Shown here one piece after another: positions 23,601 through 37,244 of a stretch of 64,000 nt of DNA. Each line of letters starts with the position of its first letter. Position 1 is the first letter of the stretch. Both the position numbers and the translations under genes were made by a program. Source of the stretch: Heterodontus francisci (Eukaryota); the NCBI RefSeq assembly GCF_036365525.1, contig NC_090394.1, forward strand, positions 74,030,146-74,094,145, written 5' to 3'. The notes below the pieces were generated by a model. That model made no database searches. It was not told where the DNA came from and was given only the letters and a program-made list of their open reading frames with translations.

Positions 23601-25038
23601 TGCTGTCGAAGGAGCCTTGCTGAGTTGCTCCATGGCAGTTTTTACGCTCCACACAAAGCTTGGTCCCTCCATGAAACTTCATCTCACCCTATCAGTTTAA
23701 CCTTTTACTCCTTTCTTCCTCATGTACTTATCTAACTTCCCATTAAATGCATCTATGCTATTCACCTCAATTACTCCCTTTGATAGCAAGTTCCACATTC
23801 TCTCCACTCCCCTGGGTAAACAATTGTTCACCATCCAGACTACGCCCAGTAATAGTGTTGTTCACCTTTGTGACCAGATGGAATATTGAATATTTTGATC
23901 ATTCCATTAAGTAATTCTAGATTTTTAAAATAAGTTTTATGATTAAAAATGTCAAATGAATTAACACAAGAATGCAATATCCTCTCTAATGCAATACAAA
24001 AATCTTCCTTCGTAGATATTTGTACCAACAGAGGGGGAAAAGATAATTATTTCATTGAATTTGGAAATAAGACCAGCCATCATTGTTTCCTGAGAGGAAT
24101 TTCTAATGTACTGTTAGATACCGGGTGGATTTGGGTTTATGGGGTGAAGGTTATTTTTCCAAATGGCCAATGATCCTCATTTGAAGAAAACATTGGATTT
24201 ACTCTTTAACTGGCTTTGCTCTTTCAGGTACTTCCTGCAAAGGTTCTCTGCAGGGGCCAGAGTCCTGAATGACAATGAAACCAAGTCATTCATCGCCGGG
24301 GGAGATAAAGATGGTGATGGGAGACTCGGTACTGATGGTATGCTGATTAATCATTGAAGAACTATAATTTTTTAAATATGATTGAACTTTTCTGTGGGAG
24401 AGCTTTTGGTCGCAATATAAATGGGATTTTAATTCTCACGATTGATTGCCAAAAATCATTTGTGAACATTTTGTTTCATTTCCTTTTTTCTTTATATTTG
24501 TTTGTGATATTGCAATGCATGGATGTTAGTAAGGCATTTGACAAGGTCCCACATGGCAGATTGGTCAGTAAAATGAAACCCCGTGGGATACAGGGGAATG
24601 TGGCAGGTTGGATCCAGAATTGGCTCAGGGACAGGATACACAGGGTAGTAGTCGACGGATGTTTATGTAAATGGAAAGCTGCTTCCAGTGGTGTTCCACA
24701 GGGCTCAGTGTTGGGTCCCTTGTTGTTTGTGGTATATATTAATGATTTGGACTTAAATGTGGGAGGCATGATTGGGAAATTTGTTGATGACACAAAAATT
24801 GGCCATGTAGTTGATCATGAAGAGGGTAGCCTTAGACTCCAGGATTAGTTTGGGTGGCTAGTTTTTTCAGCCGGCACGGACACGACGGGCTGAATGGCCT
24901 CCTTCTGTGCCAAAATTTTTCTATGGTTCATACGTTTATATAAACTGATGAATTCCGCTGAATTTATGAACGAGAAAAGTCTCAACATTTTAATGGCAAT
25001 TTTATTTTACAGAATTTGTTGACCTGGTACTCTCATAG
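20602..25038 (+). CDS. OCM: Parvalbumin-family EF-hand protein, oncomodulin/pvalb8-9-like, gene B; join(20602-20662,20763-20895,24228-24337,25013-25038), 109 aa
   Basis: Spliced by hand, GT-AG introns, exons 61/133/110/26: [122 protein letters not shown] and the VLS end resemble oncomodulin-lineage parvalbumins. The symbol denotes lineage only. Confidence 0.93.
20763..20895 (+). CDS. Gene B coding exon 2 (CD EF-hand [12 protein letters not shown])
   Basis: CAG acceptor, donor AA|GTAAGA; 133 nt; contained in ORF 20666..20899. Confidence 0.95.
21908..23125 (+). mobile_element. CR1-type LINE 3' fragment in gene B intron
   Basis: [19 protein letters not shown] and [15 protein letters not shown] motifs interrupted by stops. 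Confidence 0.9.
24228..24337 (+). CDS. Gene B coding exon 3 (EF EF-hand)
   Basis: TTTCAG acceptor, donor G|GTATGC; 110 nt; contained in ORF 24163..24357. Confidence 0.95.
24517..24930 (+). mobile_element. CR1-type LINE fragment
   Basis: KAFDKVPH...[21 protein letters not shown] in ORF 24354..24848. Confidence 0.85.
25013..25038 (+). CDS. Gene B last coding exon (EFVDLVLS*)
   Basis: TTTTACAG acceptor; 26 nt ending in TAG. Confidence 0.92.
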
Positions 25039-25256
25039 ATTCTCGCAGGACAGCGCTACCTCCACCTGCATTTGAGTGCAAGGGTACATTAAACAAGGCT
25101 CATGTTTGTACGGCACGATCGCAGCATAAATGACATCCTTCCATTGTAATGCAGGAACTGTAGAAGCACTTCAGGCATTCGGATGTAGCCCAGTGTTCAT
25201 GTAATGTGTGGTATAACCTGCTCTGTAAAGGTAATTGTCTTTGGAAGATTGAAAAC

Positions 25257-25262
25257 AATAAA
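25257..25262 (+). terminator. Polyadenylation signal of gene B
   Basis: AATAAA about 220 nt after the stop. Confidence 0.6.
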
Positions 25263-28200
25263 AAAAAACTCGCTTTGTGCCCAAATGCCTTTTCTTGCGT
25301 GCATCTGTTTCAATTAAGATTGTTCAGATATTTGCGGAGTTAAGCAGAATCCTGCTGGTTTAGCACTGATGGGGGTAAAATCCTGATGTTCAACGCCTGC
25401 AATCTACTGTAACATTCCTTTTGTTTGATGTGTTAAACTTTATCAAGAGACAAGATTTATGCAGTGAGAACTGAATTTGCAACAAAAGGACAAGGGAAGC
25501 TGGCATTATTGACATTGATTTATACCAATAATTTCCCAAGGTTTTGTCCAACATTGTAATCTACAACATAAGTTCATGCAACACATTAACTGTTCTTCCT
25601 CCCATATCCCATTCACCCATCCTTTGAAAGTCCTTTGGGTTTTGCTTTTGGTTGAATTTCCCAGACGCTTCTATTATATTTCAGGCTCCACTAAACAAAG
25701 AAAGAACTTGCATTTTTATATGCATCTCGCACATCATCAGGAATGCAGAAAGCACCTAATGGCCAATGGATTACATTTAAAGTACAGTTGCTGTTGTTAC
25801 GCTTGGGGCAAGGTCAATGCCTCATAACATCGTCCAGCAAATGAGATGCATGAGCGGATAATCTACATTTGATGATATTGGTGAAGGAAAGAATGTTGGT
25901 CTGAACATAAAACTCTCTGCTATTCTTCCAATAGTGCCCTGGGATCTTCTACATTCACCTGAACAGAGAAATGGGGCACTATGTGTCACCTAACTTAATG
26001 TCGATCATAAACTCCTGCACATGTCCCAGAATATAACTTGGTGTGAATGAGTTGGTGAATTGTTGAAGACTATGTCAACCTCAAATATCAAATTGAAGTA
26101 ACATCAGGTACTTATCCATCTCTGTTGCAGAATTTGATCATCATGCTATGGCATGGTTTTGTAAGAACCTGAATCCAAAGTTTATTTCTTTCCTGGAAAT
26201 TGAGAATGTGGCTTTAAAATTGTGAATAATTTATAATTAATTTTTTTTATCCAGGCTGCAATGTAAATTTTTAATCTATTTATTCATCTGGTAAAATCCT
26301 GTTCGGTAAACGAGTACTGTGATTAAAACCAGTCTCCAAACTATTGAGAAAGGAAAGAATAGTAAACGTCCATCAAATCTGCTCTTTTAGTATCAGCAGT
26401 GGGTCAGCTCGAAGCATTTTTGCCTCTGAGTTAAAATATTGTGGATTCAAGTCCCACTCTAGGACATGAGCACAAAGGTCAAGGCCGACACTCCAGTGTT
26501 GTACTAAGGGAGTGCTTTCCTGCTGGAGGTGCCACCTTTTGAATGAGATGTTAAACCAAGACGTCTGCAGTCTCAGGTGAACGTAAAGGAACCCATGGTG
26601 CTATTTTGAAGAAGAATAGGGGAGTTCTCCCTGGCGTCCCGGCCAATATTTATCCCTCAACTAACATCCCTAAAACAGATTATCTGATCATTACTGCATT
26701 GCTATTTCTGGGAGCTTGCTGTGCGCAAATTAGTTGCTGTATTTCCTACATTACAACAGTGACTACACTTCAAAAAATACTTCTTTGGCTGTAAAGTGCT
26801 TTGGAATGTCTGCTGCTTGCAAAAGGTGCTATATAAATGCAGTTTCAAAAAAATACAGTAATCATGTCACTAGGTCACACATGTACTTCTTCATTCTGAA
26901 CCTCACCATTTCCATGACTCTAATTGGAATGCACTGATCGCCTCCATTGGTAAAGTGGCCTTCAGGAAACTTGTGTTACTCTTTTGTGACAAACATATAT
27001 TTCCCCTTCAGCAACTCTTAAGTCTCAATAACATCCCAGCCCGTTAGAGACTTGAATACCATTCTCATGTCCAGGATGCTTGTCTAGTACCAGTCTCATA
27101 TTCCCGGCCAGTATACAAGATTTAAAAAAAGTGCGTCATATGTGATCCTTCTCTAATCTCTCGCCTCTAACCACCAGTGTTGCCAATTCTCAGAATCTTG
27201 TTAATAATTTATTGACTTTCCACTATTGTGCAATTCATGGGGTGAGTGGAAAGAAGTGTGTCAATCAGCTCACCTTCCTTTTAAAGGCAATCCAGTAGCT
27301 CACGCATCAATTTGGGAAAGGGATGAAAAGGAGGATTCACAGAAGTTGAATGACACGACCAGAAAGACCGGTTGCTGAAGAGCCAGGATGAAAGCTGTTG
27401 ACATGTTTTGGATGTTGCTGGTGCACAGAGTCGAGGGGAGGAACGTTCATCAATATGTCAAATGGGGATAATCACAAGAATTGGATCTTTGTTATTAATC
27501 TTCTAGAAAAGGAACTCAGCAGCAGGCTTAGTTAAGGAATCCTTAACTCAAACCATGAAGAGGAGACATTCTGTACCAGAAATGAAGTGGGGCGAAAAAT
27601 GTCAGCTATTGATGTGGTACCCACCTATCAGTAGCCCCGATGACCAATGGTATGTGCTGATGGGTGAAAATTCAACCTCACTCCTCCTACTCTTGAAACC
27701 AGAAATCAGTTAAGCTGTTGGCTCACTTCCCTCTTTCTAGTTGGTAATTAATATAATAGACTGTTCTTAAGTACTAGTTCATTAGTTTGATAGGTATTGT
27801 GCACAAAACTATACAATGCCCAGTAGTTGTCATTCTGCCTCTACTCAGATAAGGTGGTGTATTTTTTGTGTGAGGTCAAAGGTGCTGACAGGTCAGGTGA
27901 TCTGGTGAAGCCTGCAGACTTTGGCAGTATTTACCCCACTTTTTTGCTCATAGGGATTTTCAATGAACATTGAGCTACAATTTGTGAATTGAGAATACGA
28001 GGTGGGTGGGGCCCAAGGTCCAGGACGCAAGACATAATTGAGGTTGAAAAGAGGAGGATAGGAAACAAGCCACGTCATGAAGTGGTGAGTCAATGATACC
28101 AAACTTGGGCTTGTAAAGCCTGTCGATTGAAAGGATTTCAAACAGTGAGGATAGAGGAAGGAGAAAGATTAAATACAATAACATGGTGATTGAAAGGAAC

Positions 28201-31200
28201 AAGAAAGCAAAGTTTAGCAGAGCAATCACCACACTACTAATGATAATTTAGGAAGGCTTCACTTTGTCATGTAACAAAGCTTTTGATCACCTGCCCAGCA
28301 CCTGTTTATGTGGCTTGTTGTCACAGTTTATCTGAAAACGGTCCGATGTAGCACCTTGGAATATTTTAAGATTAAAGGCACTGTGTAAATGCAAAGTGTT
28401 GTTGTTGCTGATAAAACAGAGAATGGCAAAATTGTTGTCATCAGAGAGAAGAATTTCCCTGTCAGATAACCAGCTTTTTTGTGCCTTGCTTGCAAAGTGA
28501 AGTCTTCTCAAACTATTTCAGTCCATGCTGGCGGTCAGAGATGTTTTCTAATATGGGGCAAAAGCATGTTTGACACCAAATCCGAATGTTGGGGCTGCTA
28601 AAAGAAATTAACGATTTCAGGAGCTGGGTTCATTCCAGCCCCAGATTGATGTGTGAAAGCCTCCTCAGAGCGTTGCTGTGGGAGTGGGTCAAGGGGGGGG
28701 GGGGGGTCTGATGCAAAATGGAATTGGCCTTTGCGGCCCCAAAAACTGGGGAGAAAGATATCAATCCATATTCCCAGTTCTGACCACTATCCGGCGACCC
28801 TCCCTCTTAAGTTGCCAACTGAAGTGTAAGGACACTAGGAATGGTGGGGATTAATTCCAATGTCCCACAAGATTGAGTAATCTTCCAACACTCACTATCC
28901 AGCTGATGCTGAGGAATGACCATTTGGATGCGGTAATGGCAGGTTCCTGGTGTCCATGGAACTACACACCAACATCAATCAGCACTCTGAGGAGGAAAGA
29001 GGTGCGGGGATTAAACTGGATGATGCATTTTTTGTTATATTTATTTTGTTTAGCCTTACAATTATAAAACTAACACTTAGCTATGGAACATGATTTTAAG
29101 CTCCATGCAAATGCCTCTGTCCAGCTATAGAATTAAAAGTTTCCATTTGCAGGGGGTCATAAATTTAAGATAGTGACTAATGAAGCCAACAGGGAATTCA
29201 GGAGAAACTTCTTTACCCAGAGATGAGGTGAGAATGTGGAACTCGATATCGCAGGGAGTAGTTGAGGTGAATAGTATAGCTGTATTTAAGGGTAACCAGA
29301 TAAACACATCCGGGAGAAAAGAAGAGAAGGATATGTTGATAGAGTGAGATGAAGAGGGGTGGGAAGAAGTTCATGTGGAGCATTAACTCCGGCATAGAGC
29401 TGTTGGGCTGAATGGCCTGTTTCTGTGCTGTACGTTCTATGTAACAGAAGGAAAAGAGTGGAATGAAATGAGAGAAACTGGCAGGAATATTGTGGGGGGG
29501 CGGGAAGCTGGTGGGTGAGGGGGAAGGTGGGTGGTTGGGACATGAGGCAACCAACCTGGACAAGTGAAGGTGAACTGTTTTACCACTTAGACCTTCTACG
29601 TTTATGTTAAATACCTGAGAGTTTCCACTGCTATTGCGTATGATAAAAGGTCTTGGCCGAGTAGACACAAATCAGCTTTTTTTGACAAAATTGATTAATT
29701 TTCCATTCCTATTTGTTGAAATCTCATTGACTCTTTCCACTGTCTGACAGCTGCCAGCAGGTCAGGTTAAGGACACCTGAAAAGTAATGAGGGAAGTTGT
29801 GTCTGTTTGTGTTCCAATTCAATGTTCCCTTCAGCCAGACCCTGTTAATCAATTGCCCTTATATTAATCATTGCTCTTCAGGGACACTGTCTCACTCCGA
29901 TATGCGGCTCAGTGGAAAATGGGATTGCATGTGGCTGTGTCTGGTGACAAAACAAGCTCAGAGGTCAAGTTTGGTCACCAAACTGCCATTGAATGTCAAT
30001 TAAAGTCAATAGGCTGACTTGAGTAATTTGAGTAACGATCCTTCATTATGGGTAACAGTTTGCATGTCTGTTACTAGGCTCCTGAGGCTCTTATAAAATA
30101 AACTCCTATTAGTTATAGATTGAAACTCATAAAATTCCTCTGAACTGGGAAATTGCCTGTGGTGTTGACAACAGTCAGTTGACAAATGCACTTTAAAAAA
30201 CATACAATAAGGCATTACTTGACGACTCTACTCCATCACCAAGTCTGCCTACATCCACCTTGGTAACATTGCCCAACTCACATCCCTGCCTCAGTCCATC
30301 TGCCCCTCCCTCATCTGTGCCTTTGTCACCTCCAGACTCAACTATTCCAACACTCTCCTGGCCGGCCTCCCGTCTTGCATGCTCTGTAAACATGAGCTCA
30401 TCCAAAACTCTGCGGCTGGCATCCTAACTCGTGCCAGGACCGGTTCACCCCATTGGCCCTGTATTCGCTGATCGACAATGGCTTCTTGTCTGGCAACTCC
30501 TCGATTTTAAAACTCTCAAGTTGTTGTTGATGAGTTGGGAGAGGCTTCAGAAGCTTACTCCCCACTTCATGGTCAGAGGCTGAAACCGTAACTTTGACAC
30601 TTGACAGAGGGAAATTGGATGGGAAATGTTGAGGCAGTAAAATACAATGGTAAACGTAAGCAGAAAAGTGTGATCATAAATTGTAACATTAGAAAACAAG
30701 GTTTGTGCACAGGACATATGCACCCTATACAATAATTTATATTATATTCCATTTTATAATGTTTCATTGACAGATGTTTAGGGAGGAAGTGCAGAATTAC
30801 ACATTACTATCTAATTTCTGGCAATTTCCTTGTGTACTAGCTCTGTATCTGGAAAGGGGTTTTGAAAAGCAGAGAGGTATTTGAAGTGAATTGATAGCCT
30901 GGATTTTGTGCTCAAGTCTCTGGAGTGGGACTTGGACCCACAACCTTCTGACTCTGAGGTGAGAGTGCTACCCGCTGAGCCATGGAGAATGCAAGATCTT
31001 CCTTCCTTCCTGTACCATGCACCTTGTAGGTTGACAATTTAATTGCCATTCATTCCAAAATGTAATGGTTACTTGTGGCATAGAGCTGTTCTAACCAGAA
31101 CACATGTATCAACAATTCGGGAATGCGTTCAAATTCCCAATATGCTCTCCTGGCAAGAATAGGCCATTTAACTGTTCAAGAGTTGAAGGTGCTGAGATTC

Positions 31201-33374
31201 AGGGGGAAAACAAAAAGATTTCATTGCGGAACGCCACCACTCAAGTGTGTCTGACTTCTCTCTGACAACAACATTTATATAACAAAGTTAACATGGTAAA
31301 ATCTCCCAAGGCATTTCACAGGAGCGTTATCAGACAAAATTTGAGCCACATAAAGAGATATCAGGCCAGGTGAGTTAGAGGTAGGTTTTAAGGAGCATCT
31401 TAAAGGAGGAGAGAGAGGTGGAGAGGCAGAGAGGTTTAAGGAGAGAATTCCAGAGCTCAGGGCCATGGTAGCTGAAGGCACAGCCACCAACGGTGGAGCG
31501 CTGAAATTCGGGGATGGGCAAGAGGTCAGAATTGGAGGGCAGTAGGGCTGAAGGGTTTACAGAGATAGAGAGGGGCAAGGCCATTGAGGGATTTGAAAAC
31601 AAGGATGAGAATTTTAAAATTGAGCCATTGCCAAACCAGGAGGCAATGTAGGTCGGTGAGCACAGGGATGACAGGTGAGCGGGACTTGGTGCATGTTAGT
31701 ATATAGGCAGCAGAGTATCGGATGAGCTGAAATGTTCCATTGCCCTGTGAAAATTCACACAAAGTGTCTCAATAATGTTTGATCCCGGACAACAAAATAA
31801 TCTGTGATTCCACGCAGCAAAATTAAGCCCAATATGACCTCAGATCATGTGATTTTATTGAGAGGATTGACCAATCGTCAAACTGTCCACCATGACGCTC
31901 ACCACTGCAGGAAAAAAGTGATGTGAGCAAACCGAAACAGCCTCACTGGGCTGCGCTCCGAGGACACAACAAACCTCGGGACCCAGGTCACGCTGTTGGG
32001 ACTTTGCTGTCGCAGTTTAAGATATCCTATTAATCCAACGTGTGCATCTCCTGTAACTACACATCAGCCTGTGTCATGTCCTGCGCACACCTCCAAGGAC
32101 AAAACGTTTACTTTAGGGGGAATGATTCCGAGATAAATCAGCTAGGGTGATTAGGGAAGCAAAGAATCAGTCGTGCCTCACAAATCTGTTGGAATTCTTT
32201 CCGAAGGTGACTAAATTAATAGGTAGCTCAAACATGTGTGATTGGATTTCCAGAAAAGGCTTCATACCGGGGTTCTGTCTAAAAGTTTCTAAAAGTATAA
32301 CTAATTAGTGGCCAATTAACCTTGAGGCAATCCAATTCATTATAAGCGTTTTCTGCTTTGCAATTGCACATTGATGTTTTTGTGTATGAATGCAAATCAC
32401 AACTATTTGTTCGTGAATTTGCCCTCATTATAGGACAGACACTTCATTGAGGTGAAAATTGGCCACACCGAATCTCTGCAGACAACTGTTACTGCATTGG
32501 AAATAATGTGTTTGAGTATGTCAGTGACGCACCTCAAAAGGCAAATTAAAAGATAGTTTTTTTATGTTCATCAAGGTTAAGGACATTAATGCTGAATAAT
32601 CCACTCCTGGCACCGAGCTTCAGAAACAAACACTTTCAACTAAGAAAGAAAAAAGTATTTGCATTTATATAGCGCCTTTCATAACCTCGGGACATCCCAA
32701 AGAGTTTTACAGTCAGTGAAGTACTCTTGAAGTGTGGTCACTATCGTAATATCAGAAACGCAGCAGCCAGTTTGTGCACAGCAAGCTCCCACAAACAGCA
32801 ATGTGACAATGACCAGATAATCTGTTTTGGTAATGGTGGTTGAAGGGTAAATATTGACCAGGACACTGGGGAGAACTCCCCTGCTCTTCTTCGAAATAGT
32901 GCCATGGGATCTTCGACATCCGTCTGAGAGAGCAGATGGGGCCTCAGTTCAAAGCGCCACCCAACGTACGGCACTTCTGACAGTGCAGCACTTCCTCAGT
33001 GCAGTACTGGAGTGTCAGCCTGCAGTGGGACTTAATCCCATAACCTTCTGAGTCAGAGGGAGGAGTGCTACCAACTAAACTGCAGTTGACACACAGGAGT
33101 GAAAATACCTCCGATGTGCTGCATTTATCTGTGTCCTGACACTATGTCCTCCTTCAAACAAAACTCGCATGACAGATGCTACAATGGGATAGATCATAAC
33201 TTTCACTATCCCACCCAACTCTCCTTTCGCAGGGTCACTGAGGGCATCTGAGATTAGCTAACTCAACACTGGATTAGGAATTAAATTTGGGATACCCCTA
33301 TCCCTCCCCGCCAAGTTACTCAGTGAACAAAATCTAGGAGTAAGAATCCTTTTTCTGACATGATGTGTTTTCAG

Positions 33375-33810
33375 TCAGCCATGGCTCAGTGGATAACACT
33401 CTTGCCTCTGAGTCAGAAGGTTGTGGGTTCAAGTTCCACTCTAAGACTTGAGCACAAAAATCTAGCTGATACTCCCAGTGCAGTACTGAAGGAGTGCTGC
33501 ACTGTCTGAGGTGCCGTCTTTCAGATGTGACTTTAAACCAAGGCCCCGTGTCTTCCCTCTCAGGTGGGTGCGAAAGTTCCCTGTCACTATTTTGAAGAAG
33601 AGGAGGAGAGGTCTCCCTGGTCAGTAATTTAGCTCTCAATTGACATCACAGAAACAGATTATCTGGTCATTATCTGACTGCTGTTTGTGGGAGCTTGCTG
33701 TGCATAAATTGCCTGCTGTATTTCCTACATTACAACAGTGACGATACTTCAAAAGTGCTTTATTGACTGTAAAGTGCTTTCAGAGGTCCTGTGCTCATGA
33801 AAGGTGCTAG
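33375..33810 (+). mobile_element. tRNA-derived Deu-domain-like SINE (SacSINE1-like), representative copy
   Basis: A/B-box head (TGGCTCAGTGG...GGTTCAAGTTCC) and body CAGTGCAGTACTGA.GGAGTGCTGCACTG. At least 15 related copies, e.g. about 5675-6118, 11312-12178, 20995-21430, 26400-26845, 32643-33090, 48865-49290, 52227-52670, 56890-57290. Family name from recall. Confidence 0.7.
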
Positions 33811-35649
33811 ACGGGCTGAATGGCCTACTTCTGCTCCTAATTCGTATGGTCCTATATAAACTTTCTTTCTTTATAAAAGCGTTATGAGCCGAGTCTGAGA
33901 TACTGTAACCATTTCCACTGGAGAAGTACTGGATAAGAAGAGCTTCAATTGTGGCTTTTTAAATTTATGAAGGGGTGTGAACGGGGAAAAACTATTTCCT
34001 CTGGTTTTGAGTTAGTAGAAGGAAATATTTTTTGGTGAGATCTTAGAGGTATTTGAAGAAATGTGGGGATTTGGAGATACAGATAATAGGAGGGATCTCT
34101 GCGACATGTAGTGGGATACCAGAGAAGAGGAGAAAGTGTTTCAGAAACACACATGCAAGCAGGAAATTATTAGAGAATCCAATTGAAGACTTTTCAATTC
34201 TTCCCCTTCTGTTCTGCGATGTGACTGTCTTTTCTCACCTGCGTCGGGGTATTGTGTGACAGGGGTGGGTGAGGTGGGTTTGATGTTGTACATAAACTGA
34301 ACTGGGGGGGGAGTTGGTGGATCAGGTGGTCTTTTCCCATTTTTTTGGGTGTCTATGAGTGTCAAGGGAGTGAACGCAAGCGAGAAAAAAAGAGAAGGAT
34401 AATTCAATTTGGACAGATTAAGCTCCAATGATTTTTCTTCCAGTTTATTGGACGAAGCAGCGAAGCTGCAACAGTCTGACGGACAGACAAACAATTGTAA
34501 GGTTGTAGGAGTTATTTTATGTCTCAATAAATCAATAATTTGCCGCCCTCCAGTAATCAGTACATCACCACCTGATGATTTGCCAAGAGACAAAGATAAA
34601 ATCTTATACAAGAAGGACAGGGGACAGTTTTCACTTTCCATGACGTCTTTTTTCCACATTAAGATCAACTGATAAGTGACTGAAAATATTACCTTAGCTG
34701 AGAAATTACAGCTCAAGTTGCCCTTTCTTTGTAATTTTCCACTTCCCATCAGGGATACAGTTTTTAAATGACCTAAAAGTCTTTAATGATCTACTCTACC
34801 CACACAATGACAACCACTATTTCCCTCAAGGGTCCAAGAGCATTTATGCAATTTGCTTGGGCACACTCTCATTTTAGTCCTTTTTATTTTGTCCTCTGAT
34901 TTCTACCTGCTTACAAGGCAAACCACACTTAATTTTTGTATGCATATTCTACAGGATTTATACCATGGAAGGGAAGGGGTTCTGGTTTATACTCAGCTTT
35001 CCTCAATACACAATGAGTATTATGTGTGTGGGCAGACAGCCTGTTTATATATTTCCAAATGGGAGAACTGTGGGGAAATTTCTTTATATCCAGGCAACAG
35101 TCCAACCACTGACTCTGATGTGAATATTAAATAAAAACACGTAGGGTGGATTTTTCAATCATGGGAATGACTCTTGCTGCATTATGCAATAAGAGGGGTA
35201 GATCTTGACTTTGTGGGATAGTCGAAACTAGCTGATAGCAAGTCAGCAGCTCGTATTTCATCTCTCCCCATACTTATTTCTGTTTAAGTCAACGGAGTAA
35301 TTTTCTAAAGGATGGTGCACAGGGGTGGTGGTAAGGGTGTGGAGGGACACCATAGATGGGGGAGCCAGTTGTGTCACAAGAGACTTGGAGGCTATAAACC
35401 TCTTCCCCAGAAAAGTCATCAAAAATAACTCAAGGGACATGTGAGTGGGTAGATCTCAGGGTAACATGGAGCAGGTTGCTGCTTTTGGACTTGCACGATC
35501 AGCACACGGACCACCCTGACTACCTCCAGCCCAGTTGGATAATATTACGCAGCCTCACTATGTCAGTGTGTATTAATGTTCTCAGATGGCATGTTAGTAT
35601 GGTAATCGCCAATGGTCTTGTTCCACAGCTGCACCAGCTCCGCTACATG

Positions 35650-36245
35650 GCACTGCCCTGCCTTAGCTCACCTACTGCCGAAACTCTCATTCATGCCTTC
35701 ATTACCTCTAGACTAGACTATTCCAACACACTGCTGGCTGATCTCCCACATTCTACCCTCTGTAAACTTGAGGTCATCCAAAACTCTGCTGCCCGTGTCT
35801 TAACTTGCACCAAAACTGTCCAATTATCACCCTTGTGCTCACTGACCTACATTGAATCCCAGTTAAGCAATGCCTCAATTTTAAAATTCTATTCTTGTTT
35901 TTAAATCCCTCCATAGCCTTCCCTCTCCCTATCCCTGAAACCTCCACCACCACAATCCTCTGAGACGTCTGCCCTCCTCTAATTCTGACCTCTTGCACAT
36001 CCCCGATTTTAATTGCTCCACCATTGGCAGCTGTGCCTTCAGCTGTTTAGGCTTTAAACTTTGGAATTCCCTCCCGAAACCTCTCCACCTCTCTCTCCTC
36101 CTTTAAGGTGCTTCTTAAAACCTACCTCTTTGACCAAGCTTTTGGCCTTTTGTGGCTCACTGCCAAATTATGCTTTTTAACACTCCTGTAAAGTAGCTTT
36201 GGACACTTGATTGTGTTAGAGGCCCTATACAAATATAAGTTGTTG
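35650..36245 (+). mobile_element. L2-type LINE 3' fragment, representative copy
   Basis: AETLIHAFITSRLDYSN.LL...IQNSAARVL in ORF 35476..35904; related pieces at about 30215-30520, 31265-31735, 40320-40800, 42640-43010, 46860-47900, 55680-56115. Confidence 0.8.
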
Positions 36246-37244
36246 TTGTGGGTTAAAGTTCCATTCCAGGGACTTGAGCCCCACAATCTAGGCTGACACT
36301 TCAATACATTACTGCTGTTTTTCTAATGAGATATTAAACCGAGGCCCCATCTGCTGCCTCAGGTGCACCTAAAAGATCCCACGTCACTATTCAAAGACGA
36401 GCAGGGGAGTTCTCCCCAGTGTCCTGGCCAATATTTATCCCTCAGCCTATATCACTACAACAGATTATCGGGTCATTTATCACATTGGTGCTTGTGGGAG
36501 CTTGCTGTGTGCAAATTGGTTTCCATATTTCCTAAAAGTGACAACACTTCAAGAAGTACTTGATTGGCTGTAAAGTGCTTTGGAACATCCTGAGGTTGTG
36601 AAGGGTGCTAGAGAGGGGTGGGTGGCACAGTGGTGCAGTGGCTAGCACTGCAGCCTCACAGCTCCAGTAACCCAGGTTCAGTTCTGGATACCGCTTGTGC
36701 GGAGTTTGCAAGCTTTCCCTGTGACCGTGTGGGTTTCCTCCCACATACCAAAGACTTGTGGGTTGATAGGTAAATTGGCCATTGTCAAAAAAAAAAATTG
36801 CCCCTAATGTAGGTAGGTGGTAGGAGAATTGAGGGAAGGTGGGGATGTGAGAGGGGGAAAATGGGATTAATGTAGGATTAGTATAAATGGGTGGTTGATG
36901 GTCAGTGGGCTGAAGGCCCTGTTTTGGTGCTGTATCTCTCTATGACTCTATAAATGCAAGTCTTTCTCTAATGGAATCAGGTCTACTGTAGCAGATGAAC
37001 ATTTTCAAGGATCTTCATGTGTCAGGAAATTGAAGACATCAGCGCACAGAGTGTGTTCCAACTACTGCCACTATACCGGGGGATTACTTGGAATTAAAGT
37101 ATATAATTTACAGACTGTAACTATAGTCTGATCGACCCATGTGAGTGTTTTTGGTGGGACTGAGGCTGTTCAACGTGAAGCCTACCCTTTTCAAGATCAT
37201 CTTCTGCAGTTCTATGGAATTTGACTCTATAAGACTATTACCTC

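Noticed and set aside
33380-33450. tRNA-like A/B boxes, also present at many other sites
   Set aside because: SINE heads that run straight into SINE bodies; no complete cloverleaf
34141-34749. Longest ORF in the track (202 aa, minus strand)
   Set aside because: No recognisable domain, low-complexity stretches and inconsistent splice signals; treated as a chance ORF pending BLAST or RNA evidence
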